Shown here: positions 19,190 through 28,987 of the stretch, piece after piece
Position numbering within the stretch: position 1 is the stretch's first letter
Layout: each line of letters begins with the position of its first letter
DNA from: Desulfatiglandales bacterium
GTDB lineage: Bacteria; Desulfobacterota; DSM-4660; Desulfatiglandales; HGW-15
Direction of reading: 5' to 3'
DNA length: 64,000 bases
Assembly (NCBI GenBank): GCA_963667015.2
Contig: CAXXJJ010000004.1
Location: forward strand, 1,344,001-1,408,000
Translations under genes and position numbers: made by a program
Notes under the pieces: generated by a model
What the model saw: only the letters and a program-made list of their open reading frames with translations
Told to the model about the DNA's origin: nothing
The model's database searches: none

Positions 19190-19199
19190 AATAAACAGT

Positions 19200-19547
19200 A
19201 TGATTGCCTATTGCGGCATAGACTGTTCAAGATGTAAAAGTTTTATTGCAACACAATCCGGAAACAATGAAAAACTGGTTCAAGCTGCAGCAGAACTTTC
19301 AAAAGTGTATTGTGCGGAAGTAAAGCCCGAGTACGTAATATGTGACGGCTGCAGGCAGGGCAAGAGACATTCCTATTACTGCTCTAATATGTGTAAGATG
19401 AAAAAATGCTGCATTGAAAACAAATTCAATTCATGCATTGAATGCCATGATTATCCGTGTAAAGAGCTGCAGTTTGAACTGAATAATAATCCGGACGCAA
19501 AAGATAATCTTGAGAAAATGAAGGCGGACAGGGTAATATATAGATAA
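19200..19547 (+). CDS. DUF3795-like Cys-rich protein
   Basis: MIAYCGIDCSRC..CDGC..CIECHDYPC; start moved to ATG 19200. Confidence 0.85.
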   Translation: MIAYCGIDCSRCKSFIATQSGNNEKLVQAAAELSKVYCAEVKPEYVICDGCRQGKRHSYYCSNMCKMKKCCIENKFNSCIECHDYPCKELQFELNNNPDAKDNLEKMKADRVIYR

Positions 19548-19717
19548 AGATGCTGAAATTGATTCAATTTAGGCCATGTAAGAGGATCAACTTCATATAT
19601 TTTCTGTATCAGTCTTGCCCAGTTTTTCCGATATTCTTTGGATGATCCTTCCGACTCCAGGATAGAGGGAATCAGTTCATCCTTTTCTGCCTTTTTCCGT
19701 TTACCGCTAGCCACGTT
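19520..19717. repeat. 198-bp direct repeat copy 1
   Basis: 196/198 identical to 28627-28824. Confidence 0.92.
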
Positions 19718-19934
19718 GGAATAATAGCCATAGTAGCGTACAATCTGTTCGCTCTTATTGTGCACATGGAAAGTCATGGCAGCCAGCCATTCAAGTGCAT
19801 CAAAAACCTTTTCAGATTTCCCACCCTTTGACTGGTATACAACCTTTGACTCTTCCCGGATATAGGTCATCCTCTCCTGTGAAAAGGAGGCTCGTACAAA
19901 TATCCCGGGCCAGATTCTCCATGGCCTTTTCATG
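19568..19934 (-). pseudogene. IS91-family (Y2 HUH) transposase C-terminal remnant
   Basis: RASFSQERM..FDALEWLA..VRYYGYYSN..WARLIQKIYEVDPL; frameshifted and truncated at both ends. Confidence 0.85.
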
Positions 19935-20473
19935 CTTGAGTACTCCCTTTATATTACAAAGAATATTATCCACTATTATAAACCAGATGGATATTATCTT
20001 CTGGATGATATAGCAACACAGATGAATTCATTTATATCCCCGCAGGTATTTGAGGAGCTTCTGGTTCCCAGATATAAAAAATGTCTCGACATTGCGCGTG
20101 ACGCGGGTATTCCTGGATTCTATCATAACTGTGGAAAGTGTGAAAACCTTATGCAGTATATGGTTGACATCGGGGTTAGTGTCTGGGATCCGGCCCAGAC
20201 AATGAATGACCTGCCTGCCATGAAAAAGAAATACGGGCGATGCCTGGCGATCAACGGCGGATTCGAATATTATATGCTTCCCACATGGCCGGAATTTGAC
20301 GAAGAAGAAGTAAGAAACGCTGTTAAGGAAACATTTGATATGCTGGTACCTGATGGAGGATTCATGTTTAATGGTGGCGTCAAATCGCTTGATTTACCAA
20401 TCCGGATGTCCAGAGGATTAATGCAGTGATTATTGATGAGGCTGAAAAATTGAGTACACAGTATTACAGTTAA
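19935..20473 (+). pseudogene. C-terminal fragment of uroporphyrinogen decarboxylase/MtaA-family protein
   Basis: LLDDIATQMNSFISP, YHNCGK, WDPAQTMND; no N-half; frameshift near 20393 restores DFTNPDVQRIN..YYS stop at 20473. Confidence 0.75.
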
Positions 20474-20508
20474 GCCTGTACTTGTATAACCGGGACATTA
20501 TTTATAAA

Positions 20509-20538
20509 GCGGGAGTGAAGCATCGCTCCCGTTTTTTT
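20509..20538 (+). terminator. Intrinsic terminator
   Basis: GCGGGAGTGA-AGCA-TCGCTCCCGT followed by a T run. Confidence 0.75.
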
Positions 20539-20639
20539 ATATACGATTAAACTCTGACAGGTAACTAAGGTGTATATCTTAATAGCAGTTCGAATGCAGG
20601 GCTGCTGATAAAAACTGATGATATCAGTCACAAGTAAAA

Positions 20640-20668
20640 TTGACTTTAAGGCAAATATTCAATATAGT
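20640..20668 (+). promoter_or_regulatory. Putative sigma70 promoter of CDF-HflK operon
   Basis: TTGACT-17 nt-TATAGT, about 50 nt before the ATG. Confidence 0.55.
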
Positions 20669-20717
20669 CCAGATGCATCAAAATAAGGGGTGTTATACCA
20701 CAACTTCCTGGTTATAA

Positions 20718-22481
20718 ATGACAGATAAAATTCAAACTAACGATACAGCTTCTCCTGATATAAATGATTCCCGGAGAATAAAGGGACTCGTCAAGGCATC
20801 ATTTTGTGCAATGGGGGTGGATATTCTTTTAATATCCATTAAATATTTCCTTGCCTATCTGACTCAAAACGCTGTCCTCCTGGCTGACGCACTTCATTCC
20901 GGCGCTGATTTTGCCGTCAGCTTTGTGGTCCTGCTGTCCATCCTTGTGAAGTATATATTCCATGGAAGCAAAAAGGCACGTAAAGCCGAGGCATTTGTTG
21001 CTTTTCTAATTTCACTGCTCCTGCTTTTCGGCAGCTATGAGATGTTTTTGTATGTATGGAATAGTGATCCATCCAAATTCCTGTTTATTACAGATATCCC
21101 CCTGATTATCGCCTTTACAGGTATATCAATTATATTAATTATCACCCTTAAGATGTCTGAATATAAGAAGAGGGTCGGTGCGAAATATTATTCAGATGCC
21201 TTTACAGCGGAAGGCGAGCATACATTTACCGATTTCCTTTCATCGGTGAGTGTGTGGCTGACACTGCTGCTGGGATATTTTGGAATTCATATTGAGAGAG
21301 CCATTACATTCCTGATTGGATTTATTGTCCTGAATATCGGTATCAGGCTTTTATTCAGGTCCCTTAAAAGGTTTGGTCTGAAGTTTAAAATTCTATCCAA
21401 AATCATAGAAAAAGTTCATGCCGATGTAGTTCGCAGGGCACATAAGATTAAAGAGCTCTACATCAGTATCCTGGAAAAGCTGAATCTAAAAATACTGGTT
21501 ATTCCAGGTCTCATTGTAAAAAGATTAAATGCATGGATATGTTTCAATATCCTCCTGATCCTGCTGCTGTATTTCGGCACAGGTCTGTATATTGTTCGTC
21601 CTTACCAGACAGGGCTGGAGCTGCTTTTTGGGAAAGTGGTTGAAAAAAATCCTCCGGGCCTGTGTCTTCATCTTCCAAAGCCTTTTGGAAATGCCTTAAT
21701 TGTTGATACATCAGTAATGATTCGCCTTGAAAGCGGTTTCAGGACTGATATGAGATATATTGGAGAAGAACCTGATCTGTATCTATGGGAGAATATGCAT
21801 AATCAGGGCAGATATATCAAGGTGCCTGAAGAAGCGCTTTCCATTGCAGGGGATGAAAATCTTATCGATATAAATTTTATAGGTTATTACCTCATAACTG
21901 ACCCGGTGCAGTATGCTCTGAATATTGAAAACGCACATGAAACCCTTCGAGATCTTTTTGTACATGAGATACACCTGCTGTGTGGCCAGTACTCTCTGGA
22001 TGATCTGTTAACCGCTGAAAGGAGCGAGATACAGGATCATCTGCTTGAGAAAATAAAAATTACAGCAAACAATCTTTCCATGGGGATTGATATAAAGAAG
22101 GTCTACATGCAGGAAGTCCACCCACCCATTGAGGTAGTCCCTCAATATAGGGATATCTCATCAGCCAGGGAAAAAAAGGATGAAATTATCCACCAGGCCA
22201 GCGCCTATTCCAATGATCTTGTTCCACGTTCACGGGGTGAGGCAACTGCTATAGTTCTAGATTCAAAGGCCTATGCTGATGAAAAAATGAATAATGCACA
22301 GGGTGAGACCGAGAGTTACATATTGAGAGAGCAGAACTTTACTAAATATAAAGCCATTGAAAAAACAGAGATGTGGTGGGAGACTGTAGAGAAGGTTTTA
22401 AAGGACAAGATCCTGTATATAATGCCCTCAAAGGCCCAGCGCAGGTTTTCCAGGAATGATGATAACAGAATAAAAAGGTAA
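20718..22481 (+). CDS. Cation diffusion facilitator TM domain fused to HflK-like SPFH domain
   Basis: TM2 ADALHSGAD and TM5 EGEHTFTD; then PPGLCLHLPKP, AGDENLID, VHPPIEV, AYSNDLVPRSRGEA. Confidence 0.85.
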   Translation: MTDKIQTNDTASPDINDSRRIKGLVKASFCAMGVDILLISIKYFLAYLTQNAVLLADALHSGADFAVSFVVLLSILVKYIFHGSKKARKAEAFVAFLISLLLLFGSYEMFLYVWNSDPSKFLFITDIPLIIAFTGISIILIITLKMSEYKKRVGAKYYSDAFTAEGEHTFTDFLSSVSVWLTLLLGYFGIHIERAITFLIGFIVLNIGIRLLFRSLKRFGLKFKILSKIIEKVHADVVRRAHKIKELYISILEKLNLKILVIPGLIVKRLNAWICFNILLILLLYFGTGLYIVRPYQTGLELLFGKVVEKNPPGLCLHLPKPFGNALIVDTSVMIRLESGFRTDMRYIGEEPDLYLWENMHNQGRYIKVPEEALSIAGDENLIDINFIGYYLITDPVQYALNIENAHETLRDLFVHEIHLLCGQYSLDDLLTAERSEIQDHLLEKIKITANNLSMGIDIKKVYMQEVHPPIEVVPQYRDISSAREKKDEIIHQASAYSNDLVPRSRGEATAIVLDSKAYADEKMNNAQGETESYILREQNFTKYKAIEKTEMWWETVEKVLKDKILYIMPSKAQRRFSRNDDNRIKR

Positions 22482-23378
22482 ATGATGAAAAAGAGTTCTA
22501 TTTATATCTCAGTTATTGTCGGGATCATTGTTGTTGTTTCCCTGACATGTACACTGATAGTAAATCACGGTGAGAGAGCCGTGCTTATGAATTTTGGCAG
22601 GCTTGTAAAGGTTATCGACAAACCCGGGCTCTACCCCAGATTCCCATACCCCATTAACAGTGTGGTAAGGGTAGGTGCGAAGCAGAATACTCTTGTTCCT
22701 GTCCCATCGGAATTCCTGACAGCCGATAAAAAAAATCTGATTATGGAGACAGCTATCTGTTATGTGATATCGGATCCTGTTTCTTTTATAAAGACTGTTC
22801 GAGACAAAAGCGGGCTTGAAATAAGATTGACCGATTTACTCTACTCCCAGCTGGGTCTGCTCCTTGGACATATAGAACTTTCCGAGCTTGTAAATGTTGA
22901 TCGTGAAAAGATAAAATTCGAAAAATTGAATGAGGATCTTACGCAACTGCTTAAATCCGACAGTAAGGACATGGGCGTTGATGTGAGAAAGGTCTTTATC
23001 AAACGTATGATGCTTCCGACAGATAACAGATTTGCGGTGTTTGAACGCATGCGTGCCGAACGAAACCGTATCGCAAAAAAATATATAGCAGAAGGTGAAG
23101 AAAAGGCCCAGCAGATAAGGGCTGAGGCGGATCGAACTTCACGTGTCCTCCTTGCCGAGGCCAGGAAGGAGGCAACTGTTATTAAGGGACAGGCGGAGGC
23201 ACAGGCCATGAAAATTTATGGTGAATCATATCAAAAGAACAGTGAATTTTATAATTTTGTCCGTTCATTAGATGCCTATGAAAAAATATTCAACGAAAAG
23301 ACTGTAGTTGTTCTTGATGAAAATTCACCGATTTTAGATACCTTTATTTCTGGAGTAGCCGGTGAAGGTAAAAAATAG
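22482..23378 (+). CDS. hflC: HflC-like SPFH protein
   Basis: FLTADKKNL, VFERMRAER, IRAEADR, EFYNFVRSLDAY. Confidence 0.85.
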   Translation: MMKKSSIYISVIVGIIVVVSLTCTLIVNHGERAVLMNFGRLVKVIDKPGLYPRFPYPINSVVRVGAKQNTLVPVPSEFLTADKKNLIMETAICYVISDPVSFIKTVRDKSGLEIRLTDLLYSQLGLLLGHIELSELVNVDREKIKFEKLNEDLTQLLKSDSKDMGVDVRKVFIKRMMLPTDNRFAVFERMRAERNRIAKKYIAEGEEKAQQIRAEADRTSRVLLAEARKEATVIKGQAEAQAMKIYGESYQKNSEFYNFVRSLDAYEKIFNEKTVVVLDENSPILDTFISGVAGEGKK

Positions 23379-24243
23379 TAGACAGATATTTTACACAGCT
23401 TTGATCCTTCTGGTTTTCATCCTCTATCTCCTTAGCGGAACCTATTCTCTTGAAAACGGTCAGAGGGCAATAGTTTTAACCTTTGGTGAGGTTGTAAAGG
23501 AGGTTTCTGATTCAGGGATACACTATTGTCTTCCATGGCCGACGGGTAAAAAAGTAAAGGTATACGCAAGCAAGGTACAGACGATCTCCATAAAAGAAAG
23601 ACTTGACGAAAAACTTGAGAGATTAACTGGTGATGAAAACCTGATCGTTGTAAATGCCCTTATCAGCTATGACATAAAAAATCTCTTCGCCTATATTTAT
23701 AAATGCAGGGATGTGGAAGGGACCCTGCGATCAATCGGTCAGATGTGTTTAACCAGAGAATTGACAAGAATGACGGTAGACGATGTAATGACAACCGGAA
23801 AGGCGCTGTTGAGGCTCGTCGTAAAGGAAAAAATCCAGGAAATATCAGACAGTATGGAGCTGGGTATAAGGATTATCTCGGTCGAATTGACCGATATCTC
23901 TCCGCCGGGAAGTGTGTCTGATGCATTTAATTCGGTTTCAAATGCGAGAGTGAAAAAACAGGAAATTATCAAAGATGCCGAAGGCTATGCAAACTCCATA
24001 TTGCCCAAGGCCAGGGGTGATTCTGGCACACTTGTTTCAAAGGCAGAGGCATATGCAAAGGAAACATTATCCAACGCAGAAGGCAGTGTAAGTGCATTTA
24101 ATGAGATGCTGGAAGAATATAAAAGGAATCCCGAAATAACTATGAATGTAAAGATGCTTGAAACCATGAAGGTAATTCTCAATAGAAGCAAAATCAAAAT
24201 AGACACAAATCCTTCAAAGAGTGTCTATTATATTTATGAGTGA
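23362..24243 (+). CDS. hflK: HflK-like SPFH protein
   Basis: LTGDENLI, DISPPGSVSDAF, YANSILPKARG, EYKRNPEIT; GTG start overlaps hflC end. Confidence 0.82.
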   Translation: MKVKNSRQIFYTALILLVFILYLLSGTYSLENGQRAIVLTFGEVVKEVSDSGIHYCLPWPTGKKVKVYASKVQTISIKERLDEKLERLTGDENLIVVNALISYDIKNLFAYIYKCRDVEGTLRSIGQMCLTRELTRMTVDDVMTTGKALLRLVVKEKIQEISDSMELGIRIISVELTDISPPGSVSDAFNSVSNARVKKQEIIKDAEGYANSILPKARGDSGTLVSKAEAYAKETLSNAEGSVSAFNEMLEEYKRNPEITMNVKMLETMKVILNRSKIKIDTNPSKSVYYIYE

Positions 24244-24270
24244 TATTTTCCAATGATATATGCAATAGTC

Positions 24271-24315
24271 TTCATCTTGACTCCGACTTTAATGCCAGGC
24301 GGGAGTCAAGATGAA
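24271..24315. terminator. 14-bp stem between convergent genes
   Basis: TTCATCTTGACTCC / GGAGTCAAGATGAA. Confidence 0.55.
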
Positions 24316-24349
24316 TGGGATTTATAAGATTTAAGCAGGTGCAGATATG

Positions 24350-25750
24350 TCAAACACCTTCAAGCGCTGACTCATTGATTTTAAAATCATACTCTTTTAT
24401 TACCTGCTTTTTCCAGTCCTGGGCCTTCTGGTATACTATTTTTTTAGCCATTTCGTTATAAATTTCATCTTTTACCTCATTAAATGCCTTTGAATGGTGC
24501 ACCTCTACGCTGTTCCCCGTGACCTTTGTCAAGTATTTCCTGTCGTATTCCTCCCTAACTTCCTGATCTGATATGAATACGGATCTTGATGCCATGGTGG
24601 CAGTATATTCACGAATCAGAAGTGTATTTAAAAGCTGATCCAGCGATTGTTGGTATTCAGGTTTTTTATCAATTTCTAATCTTGCCGCATCTCTTGTCCA
24701 GATTACATATCTGAAAAATGCTTCTACAAGATCAGGTAATTTTTCATCAGAGATTTCATCATTCTGGAATATATCCTTTTTTTCTATCTGATTTGCCCTG
24801 CTTTTTACTGACGCATAAAGATCAGCCATTGTGTAGTCATTGTCTCCTACTTTAAAAATAATATCCCTGTCACTGTAGGATTCTCCTTTTTTATAGAGAA
24901 AGGCAACATCGTCTGCTTCTATCAGTTGTGACATATAATCTGATTTATATTTTTGAGCGAGCCTTGCCCTCATTTTTTGCTGTAGGGATTTATCTCTAAC
25001 AATGTCAGCTATATTTTTCTCAGTAATGTTTACCTTATCTGCAACCATTATTACATAAGCCCCCTTCGGGGTAATGACAGGCGCTTTAGTGTATTCACCC
25101 TTTGAAAGATTGAATGCGGGAGTAGAAAAATAATCAGGCATCATGTCTCTGGTAATATAGCCGAAAACCCCTCCGTTTTTCAGTGTTGGGTTTTCCGGAA
25201 ATTCTGCAGCCAGGCTTTCAAAGCTCTCGCCGTTATCAAGTCTTTTGATAATTTCTTTTGCTTTTGATGTCAATTCGCTGAGTTTTTGGGTTACTTCATG
25301 GCTTTCCAGTCTTATTTTTCTGGTATTATCATCAGGGTCATTTTTATAGTAATTCAGTGGAAGTAATATATAGCTCACACTGATTGCCGGTTCATTGTAG
25401 GCAGTGCTCTCCATTATATGGTTGAGGTAAAACTTATTGAGGGTTTGTACCCTTGCACGCTTCTTAAGGAACATGAAGCTTTCACTTTTGTCAAAACCTT
25501 CAGTCCGGGCTTTTTCAAGTGCAAATATTTCCAGGGCCATATCAGTGAGCTTGTCTTTCTGCTTATCTTTACTGTCAAGTATTGATTCTTTCTTTATTTT
25601 TTTATCCGAAAGCCAGGAATAAAAATCTTCTTTTGTAATATCCTTTAACCTGCTTGTAGCCAGTTTTTCATTATTCTGTGAACAGGATGATAATAATCCT
25701 GTAAAAAGAATAAAAAATAATAACGATAACGCTGATATTCTTTTTTTCAC
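24350..25750 (-). CDS. PrsA/PpiC-type peptidyl-prolyl isomerase lipoprotein
   Basis: Lipobox LLSSC; rotamase GESFESLAAEF..NGGVFG..AFNLSKGEYT. Confidence 0.82.
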   Translation of the reverse strand: MKKRISALSLLFFILFTGLLSSCSQNNEKLATSRLKDITKEDFYSWLSDKKIKKESILDSKDKQKDKLTDMALEIFALEKARTEGFDKSESFMFLKKRARVQTLNKFYLNHIMESTAYNEPAISVSYILLPLNYYKNDPDDNTRKIRLESHEVTQKLSELTSKAKEIIKRLDNGESFESLAAEFPENPTLKNGGVFGYITRDMMPDYFSTPAFNLSKGEYTKAPVITPKGAYVIMVADKVNITEKNIADIVRDKSLQQKMRARLAQKYKSDYMSQLIEADDVAFLYKKGESYSDRDIIFKVGDNDYTMADLYASVKSRANQIEKKDIFQNDEISDEKLPDLVEAFFRYVIWTRDAARLEIDKKPEYQQSLDQLLNTLLIREYTATMASRSVFISDQEVREEYDRKYLTKVTGNSVEVHHSKAFNEVKDEIYNEMAKKIVYQKAQDWKKQVIKEYDFKINESALEGV

Positions 25751-26008
25751 TTGTTACTCCTGAGTTGTTGTTTGAAACGAAGCTTACCCTGAAATCGGTT
25801 GTGTCTCAAGTTGAAATCAACCATGCTAACCACTCATCTCTCCTGTTTCCTGAAGCTAAGAAGTAAATCTGCTTGGGTTTAATTCTAAGTACAGGCTGTT
25901 GCTGACATTTCAGTCCATTGTCTGTAGCGCCTGCCGAATTTTCTCAAAAGATATTCTGGGGTATATCACTTTTTAACCTCCGTACTAAACGCCGGAATGA
26001 TGAGATGT

Positions 26009-26048
26009 AAAAAAGCCTTTTGCCCCGTCTATGCGAGACAAAAGGCTT
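26009..26048 (-). terminator. Intrinsic terminator
   Basis: AAGCCTTTTG/CAAAAGGCTT stem with U-tail on the minus strand. Confidence 0.6.
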
Positions 26049-26052
26049 AAGT

Positions 26053-27873
26053 TTAAATTAAGAAAATGCTGTTTTGTAGACTAATCAGTAATTGCAAATA
26101 CACCCTGGTAGTCAATAACAACCCAAATATCAGTAGCAGTATAACCCATGTGCCGACATCGTATGTAATATCAGGCGCTGCTGTTGTGTAAGAACCGTAT
26201 ACCACATCCCACTCACCATCACTGTTCAGTGATACAATTCTGGTGCCAAGATTTGGTGTTACACCGGTCGCAGACATTGAAAGTATATACTTATCTGTTG
26301 TGGTATCACCTGTTTCAGCCAGGCCTGTCAGAATTACTGCATTGCTGTCTATACCGGAGAACTGAGCCTTATCTTTCCAGGCAGTGGTTATTCTCTTTGT
26401 CAGCGGCATTGCAGCGGCTGTAGCATCAGCACCATCAAGAGAATCTTCCACTGATGTACTGTTGTTGGTACCTGTAAGAGATACAGTTGTCCCTTCATAG
26501 GTATCTGTAACAGCAGCATAGTCTTCTCCCTGCTCAACCATGAAGGCCTGGCCGTTAAGGCTGAATGTCCAGGTTTCTTTTTTTACGAAATTAAAGGTTG
26601 GCGTAATATGGGTACCGGGAAGAGATTCATCTACATCTTCAGTCGCAGGATCATCTTCTACAGGGAAAGGAAAGTCATCAGTGTCGCCATAACCGCCTGT
26701 GCTATCTGCATAGTAATCTGCAATAACAATGGGGCCATCAACCGTATAGATGTAAAAACCTGTATTCAGCAATTCGGAGCTTATGACTGTTTGACGGTCT
26801 TTCTGGCCTCGCCATTCGACACCGGCATAATCAGGTCGATAAAATTTAGGACAGGCCGGTGCGGAAATCAGCTGTTCAATGGATGAAAGACCATCCGGGC
26901 TCTCAACAACTGATCTCTGATATTGATGATCATGGCCGCTGATATAAAACGCTGCATCATTGGTTACGAGCTCTGAATAAAAGGTATTCTGAGCATCAAC
27001 GTGTTCATCAAGAAAGCCGAATGGTGAATCAGAGTGGTCGGCAGCTATAAGAGGCTGATGGCTGAATATAAAGGCGTGCTCTGTTCCTCTTATAGTAGCA
27101 TCGAGGCGTTCGCTGATCCATGGCTGCTGATATTCAACCCTGTAACCGTAGTTGTAATCAATAAAGTAAACTCCCAGGCCATGCCAGTCTACTGAATAAA
27201 GTACTTCAGACTGAAGGGGTGTTTCCCAGGTATCGAAAATCACAAATGTAGCACTGTTGCCGTCTCCGTCGTCATAATCAAATGCATAGGAGATGCCGTT
27301 TAATTCCGTTTCCATGTTTGGATAGTTGTCATTAGTCGGGCTGCTGAAATTTGTCGCTCCAAAAAGATTATCCCCCAGTCCCTGATTCTGTGGAAAGTTT
27401 GTCTGTATTGCATCTATGCAAAAACCATTTGGGGTTGCTCCAAAAATGGCAGCATAGGTTTCATGATTTCCGCGCATACCGAAAAAGCCTATTCCTGCAT
27501 CATACAGGGTCTGGGCATAAGCGGCCCTGGCTTCTATACCTTCTGTCGTTCCGGTGTCTGTAAGGTCACCCACCTGAATGACAAATTCTACACCCTTATC
27601 AATAAACTGCTGGTTCATCTGTTCAATGAACGATCCCGCTACCCTTTCATCGTTTAAGCGTGCAGGGTCATCAGATATTGTCCATTGGGTGTCTCCCATT
27701 ACAGCGAATGACCATGATGTATCGACCGGTGGCGGTGCTTCTGTTTCCGGTGCCATAAAACTATCATTGGGCTGTCCCTCTGGATGGCTGGTATTTTCGT
27801 TACATGCCGGTAGTGTAATAATAAAGGCCAGAATTAATATTAGAATAGAATTGTTCAATCTTTTTTTGTACAT
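26053..27873 (-). CDS. Secreted metallophosphoesterase lipoprotein (C-terminus probably frameshifted)
   Basis: Lipobox TLPAC; GDTQ, VGDL, GNHE, FSHQP, SGHDH. Confidence 0.85.
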   Translation of the reverse strand: MYKKRLNNSILILILAFIITLPACNENTSHPEGQPNDSFMAPETEAPPPVDTSWSFAVMGDTQWTISDDPARLNDERVAGSFIEQMNQQFIDKGVEFVIQVGDLTDTGTTEGIEARAAYAQTLYDAGIGFFGMRGNHETYAAIFGATPNGFCIDAIQTNFPQNQGLGDNLFGATNFSSPTNDNYPNMETELNGISYAFDYDDGDGNSATFVIFDTWETPLQSEVLYSVDWHGLGVYFIDYNYGYRVEYQQPWISERLDATIRGTEHAFIFSHQPLIAADHSDSPFGFLDEHVDAQNTFYSELVTNDAAFYISGHDHQYQRSVVESPDGLSSIEQLISAPACPKFYRPDYAGVEWRGQKDRQTVISSELLNTGFYIYTVDGPIVIADYYADSTGGYGDTDDFPFPVEDDPATEDVDESLPGTHITPTFNFVKKETWTFSLNGQAFMVEQGEDYAAVTDTYEGTTVSLTGTNNSTSVEDSLDGADATAAAMPLTKRITTAWKDKAQFSGIDSNAVILTGLAETGDTTTDKYILSMSATGVTPNLGTRIVSLNSDGEWDVVYGSYTTAAPDITYDVGTWVILLLIFGLLLTTRVYLQLLISLQNSIFLI

Positions 27874-28626
27874 TATTCCCCCACCTAATCATGATTGAAT
27901 AACATGATATGATTAGAAATGTTTTTTGAACTGCCATTAGTGGAAAACCAGTTATTGCCTGAGTAGCTTAACTTTAACGATCACCACCTTTCAGAAATAG
28001 GGTTATTAAATATTTGAAATTCAGACATCACTTAACTGCAATTGTTTTTCCCAATCTTATGCAAAAATACCCTTTTGGCAAAAGCCGGGAACTAAAATAT
28101 AATACTTCAATAAGTTCAGGTAATATTTATAACTTGAGTGGCTATAAGCTAACTAATTGTAATATCAACATATTAAATTCATAGCAATTTTCAATTAATT
28201 CATTTTTTACTGTAGATTTTTCACAATTATAGAAGCATTTAATAGAAACTGATGGTCCTATATCATAATGTAGATTGCCGGAAGATTGCCGGAACATTAC
28301 AAATTGGCAATGTTGTGCTGAGAAGTAATATATTGACGAAAATGAATATTTTAGGGGGATGTAGTTGGCCTGCCGCGTAGCTTCATAATAAAAAGTGAAA
28401 ACACTCTCCAAAGTTTGAGATTTAGAAAGTGTATAAAAAAATGCGAGAGCGAATTACTGCGCCCGCATTTACTTTTGAAGATCTAATAATTTGATTTGAT
28501 GAGAATTCCACTTTTGAGGAATGAAGTATATGGAGTTGAGCGTTGTGTGTCAATCCCAAACCTCCCCAGCATATTGTAGTTCTATAAAACCGATCAAAAA
28601 TAGCAAATAAGTGGGATAGAGATTAA

Positions 28627-28824
28627 GAAGGCGGACAGGGTAATATATAGATAAAGATGCTGAAATTGATTCAATTTAGGCCATGTAAGAGGATCAACTT
28701 CATATATTTTCTGTATCAGTCTTGCCCAGTTTTTCCGGTATTCTTTGGATGATCCTTCCGACTCCAGGATAGAGGGAATCAGTTCATCCTTTTCTGCCTT
28801 TTTCCGTTTACCGCGAGCCACGTT
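28627..28824. repeat. 198-bp direct repeat copy 2 (contains IS91 transposase remnant)
   Basis: Encodes NVARGKRKK..WARLIQKIYEVDPLTWPK on the minus strand. Confidence 0.92.
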
Positions 28825-28987
28825 CAATATTATTAAAATGAGGTTTATGGTTGCTTTCGATGATCAATAAATTATTTATATGCCTTTAAAAATTATCCTG
28901 TTTAAAAACCTTTTTACATGTTATTTTTCTTCTCTTACTGCATGGTCAGGGTATAGAGAGAAGTGAAAAATACAACAGGAGCTTTTT

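Noticed and set aside
25885..25960. Minus-strand peptide EYLLRKFGRRYRQW resembling an ICMT/PEMT-family C-terminus
   Set aside because: Only about 15 residues, with an upstream stop; could be chance without a BLASTX hit
27930..28590. Long AT-rich intergenic region and ORF 28142-28411
   Set aside because: No convincing riboswitch, RNA gene or protein motif
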